IMG/VR virus record: IMGVR_UViG_3300017991_000001
Coordinates: 1-64,000 of that record
Length of the DNA stretch: 64,000 nucleotides
Direction: 5' to 3' (one strand)
Part shown: positions 59,701 to 64,000 of the stretch, piece by piece
How the letters are laid out: the number at the start of each line of letters is the position of its first letter
Numbering within the stretch: the first letter of the stretch is position 1
Program-made: the position numbers and the translations under genes
Notes under the pieces: generated by a model
Database searches by the model: none
What the model was told of the DNA's origin: nothing
What the model saw: only the letters and a program-made list of their open reading frames with translations

Positions 59701-62011
59701 ACGCTCGAAGAGCTTGACCGCCTGCGCAAGCGCATGGAGGCCTGGGAGAACGAGGTCCTGTGGCCTGCGATCAAGCGTACACTGGGCATGAAGGAGAAGG
59801 AGGAGGAAGAGCCCGGGGTCGAGAGCAAGCGACCCCTGTGCATCACGTGTCGCTTCTACGTGGCCGACAGCGCGCCCACGTTCAGCAAGTGCGGGCGCAC
59901 CATCGACCCTGTGGCCGGAGGTCCGAAGGAGTTCTGCGACAGGGAGCGGAGCGGTTCTGATCTGTATGACAGGTGCGGTCCAACGGGCAAGTACTGGGAA
60001 CCGAAGGAGAGCGATGGACGCTGAATTCAAGATGAAGATCACGGGCCGCTCCTACGCCGGCCATGCGGGTGGCAAGAACTCCGTGACGCTGGAAGGCACG
60101 GCGGATGAGATAAGCCTCTTGGAAGCAATGATGCGGGGGCTTTACTGGATCACGACCAAGGGCGGCAAGCTCGTGAAGTGGCGCCATTACCTGTCGGACA
60201 ACAAGCCGCCCTCGATGCCCGATCCGATCCTGGAGCGGTACTGGCCCGACGAGCGGATGGAGTACGCTCATCTGAAGGAAGGGGAGGGGCCCGACGGGCA
60301 TAGCGACCCGGCGATCTACGTGCACCACATCTACGGCTACGCCGGTCATGAGGAATACGAATACCGGGCCGAGCTACTGGAGCAGGTGGGCTTCGTCTGT
60401 CTGCGCTCACAGCGGATGGAGGACGGGCAGTACTGGGAGATCTGGTACCTGCCCGGGTGTTGGGTTGCCAAGCGGGAGCTGAAGAACAAGACGACGCAGG
60501 AGATCGTGGAGTGGCTGCGCAAGAACATCCGCCCAGGCAACATCGAGGTGGTGGGCGAGAAGTGGGACCTGTGTCACCCGGACTAGTTGAAAGCGGAGGA
60601 GGGCGCGTCATGCGACGCTTGTTCGTGCTGGCCGTGCTGGTTGTGGTGATGGTGTTCATGGGGGGCTGCTGCCAGTCCCCGAGGGAGCGCTTCGGCAACC
60701 TGCACAATTTCTAGGAGATATCATGCCTTTTGTGGAAGAGGAAGTGATCAGGTCGTATAGCCTGTGCAAGCCGGGCGCTCCGCTGTTCGTGGCGGAGGTC
60801 AACCACGTCACCGGAGGACCGCACGGCGAGGAGATCGTCGCTGAGTTTCTTCCAGTGGTAGCCATCAAATCTGTGATCAAGGACATCTACCAGCGCGCGT
60901 GCGGGGATGTGGAGGTCGTGCGCAGGCAAGTTCCCGCTTGTCCTTCCGCCGAGGTGCTGGAGAAGTTGGGTTTTTCACGAGTAAGGCGGCTCGACGATAT
61001 TTTTCCCGTGGTTGCCGATGAACATCTCCGCGACATAGGCGAAGGGTGCGACGGCGCGGAATACACGCTTTTCACGTCCTGGTGGGGGGATTCCCCGAAG
61101 GATCACATGAATCATATTGGGGAGCTGGTTTTCGGGATGGCGGACAGGGTGGCTGCCCAAACGATTAAAGGGGCTGACAAGTACCGTTTCAGGGCGGCAC
61201 TCGTGAACATGCTGTGTTCCAAGGACGATCTGATCGTAGAGCGGAGTATCGGGAAGGAGCAGACTGCCTCATGAGCCTGTGGCATCTCGTCTGGGCGATC
61301 CCGGTGGGCATCGGGCTTACGGTGTTCCTCGTCGGGCTCGCCATCGTTGGGCTGTGCCTGCTGAGCGGTACGTCGCTGTTGAAGTTCATTGACTACGGCG
61401 ACAAGAAGTTCATGGAGCCGCGTCGCAACGTCACGCTCAAGTGTAGCCGCTGCGGCGGACCGGCGATCACCGGCTTCGACGTGAAGGCGCCTTACATCTG
61501 TGCCAAGTGTTTGGCGGAATGGGAGAAGCAGAAGACATGAGCGAACCCATAAAGACGCAGGACCCGGTGGCGTCGCTGCTGTACGACCTGATGCGCGACC
61601 ACCTGCCGGTGGGTACGGTCTACGAGCTGGTGAGGGAGAACAAGGCCAGCAGGCTGGAGAACGGTGCGGTGTTCTGTAACACGCACCTGGGCGAGATGGC
61701 CATGAAGTTCGCGGACATCTTGCGGGACAAGACGCCCACGCTCGAGGAAGAGCGCGAGAACTGGGCCAAGTCGCACGGACCGAGTCCGGGGTGGTGAGAT
61801 GAAGATACTGTGTATGGTTGGTCTGCATCGTTGGAAAGAGCCCGTCGTGAAACTTCTAAGGCCAGTGGAGAAGTTCCAGTTGGGCTCGGTCTACGATGTT
61901 GAGAAGGTCAAGGAGTGCAGGCGTTGCGGCAAGAAGAGAGTCAGGTACGGGCGCGCCTTCATCGGTGTTGGCGAGGACGGCTCCGGCCACTACTCGCACT
62001 TCAACGTCTAG
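56610..62011 (+). other. Cluster of small co-oriented hypothetical ORFs
   Basis: e.g. ~56664-57143, 57121-57768, 57749-58306, ~58312-58683, ~58894-59238, 59695-60024, ~60014-60586, 60723-61274, 61799-62011. Confidence 0.7.
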
Positions 62012-62019
62012 GAGAAACA

Positions 62020-62598
62020 ATGATCGACAACTGGCTGATGATCTGCGTGCCCAGGACGGCGAGCACCTCGCTGTCCAAGATGCTGGGCCTGCGCGTGGAC
62101 GGAGGGGCCGGCGAGTATGCCGAGAACCGCTACTTCGGGCACATGCCCGCGTCCATGCTGCGGCCCCGCTTCGGTGAGAAGTGGGACGAGATGTTCACGT
62201 TCGGGTTTGTGCGCAACCCGTGGGACCGGCTGGTCAGCATCGCCGCGCGGGTCAACCCGCAGGCGCTGGCGAACAAGGACACGTTCTACGCGTGGATGAC
62301 CACGGGCTGCCAGGGGCAGGGCGGCGATACGCCGTTCGCCACCGGCGGCACGCCGATCACGCGGCCGTGCAGCGAGTTCCTGCTGCCGTGCAAGTACGTG
62401 GGGAAGTACGAGACGCTGGCCTATGACACGACGGTCATCTGCCGCGCGCTGGGGCTGGAGAAGGTGCCGCAGTGGCGCCACGACGAGCAGTGTGAGCATA
62501 AGCCCTATGTGGATTACTACCACCAGGACGCCCGTGAATGGGTGAGGTGGTACTACCACGCGGACATCGTGAACTTCGGGTACCGGTACGGAGGCTGA
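62020..62598 (+). CDS. Sulfotransferase family 2
   Basis: ICVPRTASTS, FGFVRNPWDRLVS, VGKYETL, DIVNFGY. Confidence 0.88.
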   Translation: MIDNWLMICVPRTASTSLSKMLGLRVDGGAGEYAENRYFGHMPASMLRPRFGEKWDEMFTFGFVRNPWDRLVSIAARVNPQALANKDTFYAWMTTGCQGQGGDTPFATGGTPITRPCSEFLLPCKYVGKYETLAYDTTVICRALGLEKVPQWRHDEQCEHKPYVDYYHQDAREWVRWYYHADIVNFGYRYGG

Positions 62599-62599
62599 A

Positions 62600-63504
62600 A
62601 TGGGGAAGAAGATCGAGCAAGCGACCTGTTGCGGGAGAACCGTTGAGTTCCGGTTTTGTCCCGTGTGCGGCAAGCTGCACAAGGATCAAGACCCTTTGGT
62701 GACACTGCACGCGCATTGCCTGAAGTCTTTGCGCGCTCTCGAGACCAGCAAAGAGACCAACCTTGAGACAATCGCGCGAATAGAGGCGCGCGAGAAGGAA
62801 GGAAAAGCGTACCCCCAAGATGGTGAAGAGTTGAAGTGGAGGCGAGAACACACGAAGGGCAGTGACCCCATGATAGCCAAGTGGAAGGGATGGGTTGACG
62901 CCCTTTCCGAGGTCATCGCGGTCCGTGAGAAGGAGAACGACTAATGGCGGGAGTCAAATACACGGTCACTGAGGAGTACGACATGCTCACCATCGAGGGT
63001 GAGCCATATTGCGGTAGGCGCAGGATCGTGGCCAACATCCACGAGCCGAACTCCGACAACCCCGTCGTCGAGCTGAAGCACGCGCTCGGGCTCGACGGGG
63101 TCAAGGAGATCCTCAAGCTCGCCCAGCAGCACAAGCACGGCGGCAAGTTCGAGACCCACATCCTGTGGGGCGACAAGATCAAGGGCGGCCCGAACAAGTA
63201 CGAGTTCAACACGCCCGAGGAGCGCGAGGCGTTCCTGGCGGCGATCTCCGAGGGGGACGGCTGGTTGTCCGGGGAGGAGGTCAACCCCGGCGACTACATC
63301 AACTGCGAGTGCGGCGAGGACAGCGAGCCCTTTCACCGTGAAGAGGGCCAGTGCGACCATTGCGGCCAGTTCTACTGCACGGAATGCGGCGCGAAGACGG
63401 AGATGGCCGGCGACGGCTGGGACGGACTGTGCGGCAACTGTGCGGACAGGGCCGATGACGAGGTGGCGGAGACGGACATATTGGAAGGGAGGGACGTGTC
63501 TTGA
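62600..63504 (+). CDS. Two hypothetical Zn-binding ORFs (62600-62944, 62944-63504)
   Basis: Multiple CxxC motifs. Confidence 0.65.
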
Positions 63505-64000
63505 GCGAACCCAGAGCCGACCTGGACGAGTCCCAGCGCCAGATCACGCTGCTGGCGCTGGCCCGGCTGAAGCGTGAGCGCCCGGGCTGGGCTTACGCCA
63601 TCGGCGAGATCGAAGAGAAGCTGGGCGGCCAGCTGAAGTGGCCGCCCTACGAGCCTCACGGGCTCGACACGCAGTCGCAGGTGTTCTTCTACGAGCAGGA
63701 GTTCTACCCCCTGTCGAACTTCTCGGCCTTCTCGGTCAAGTGGCGGGGTGTCCGGTTCGACACTTCCGAGGCCGCGTATCACTACGAGAAGTTCTGCGGA
63801 CCCGGGATGGGGAAGGCGGAGGTTGCCTTGCAGATCGAGGCGGCGTGTTCGGCGCATGAGGCGCTCAAGATCGCGCAGCACTACAAAGCGCGACGCCGTT
63901 CTGACTGGGACGAGGTCAAGGTCGACAAGATGCGCGCGATCCTGCGGGCCAAGTTAGAGCAGCACGAATATGTCCGTCGCAAGCTGCTTGAGACGGGCGA
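63501..64000 (+). CDS. NADAR (YbiA-like) family protein, 3'-truncated by the window
   Basis: Not in the ORF track; read by hand from TTG 63501: FYPLSNF, FDTSEAAYHYEKF, RRSDWDEVKVDKMRAILRAKLEQH..RRKLLETG. Confidence 0.88.
   Translation, partial: MSEPRADLDESQRQITLLALARLKRERPGWAYAIGEIEEKLGGQLKWPPYEPHGLDTQSQVFFYEQEFYPLSNFSAFSVKWRGVRFDTSEAAYHYEKFCGPGMGKAEVALQIEAACSAHEALKIAQHYKARRRSDWDEVKVDKMRAILRAKLEQHEYVRRKLLETG

Overview
GC-rich, densely coded segment of a large (probably jumbo) dsDNA tailed phage. It encodes a terminase large subunit, a MoxR AAA+/VWA pair, SbcCD, SF2 and DnaB-like helicases, primase, a UDG-fused family A DNA polymerase, a RecA-like recombinase and dozens of small hypothetical ORFs. 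The standout is a compact RNA-guided locus at ~950-6860. A 662-aa TnpB/Cas12f-like protein that has lost all three RuvC catalytic motifs and gained a charged C-terminal tail lies with an unknown 280-aa partner gene among four tandem modules. Each module has the layout [~100-nt structured tracrRNA-like scaffold + anti-repeat] - short leader - CRISPR array. The four arrays use four different 29-nt type I-E-like repeats (mostly 32-nt spacers), and each module's anti-repeat co-varies with its own repeat. No cas1/cas2/cas6 is visible in the window. Other notable items: an amber-suppressor tRNA (CUA) although genes still end in TAG, a solo minimal RAMP/Cas7-like gene in the replication module, several tRNA-like or highly structured intergenic RNAs, a u-spanin-like lipoprotein, three sulfotransferases, and Acb2/Tad1-like and NADAR counter-defence candidates. 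All protein assignments come from motif recognition by eye; no database search was run.
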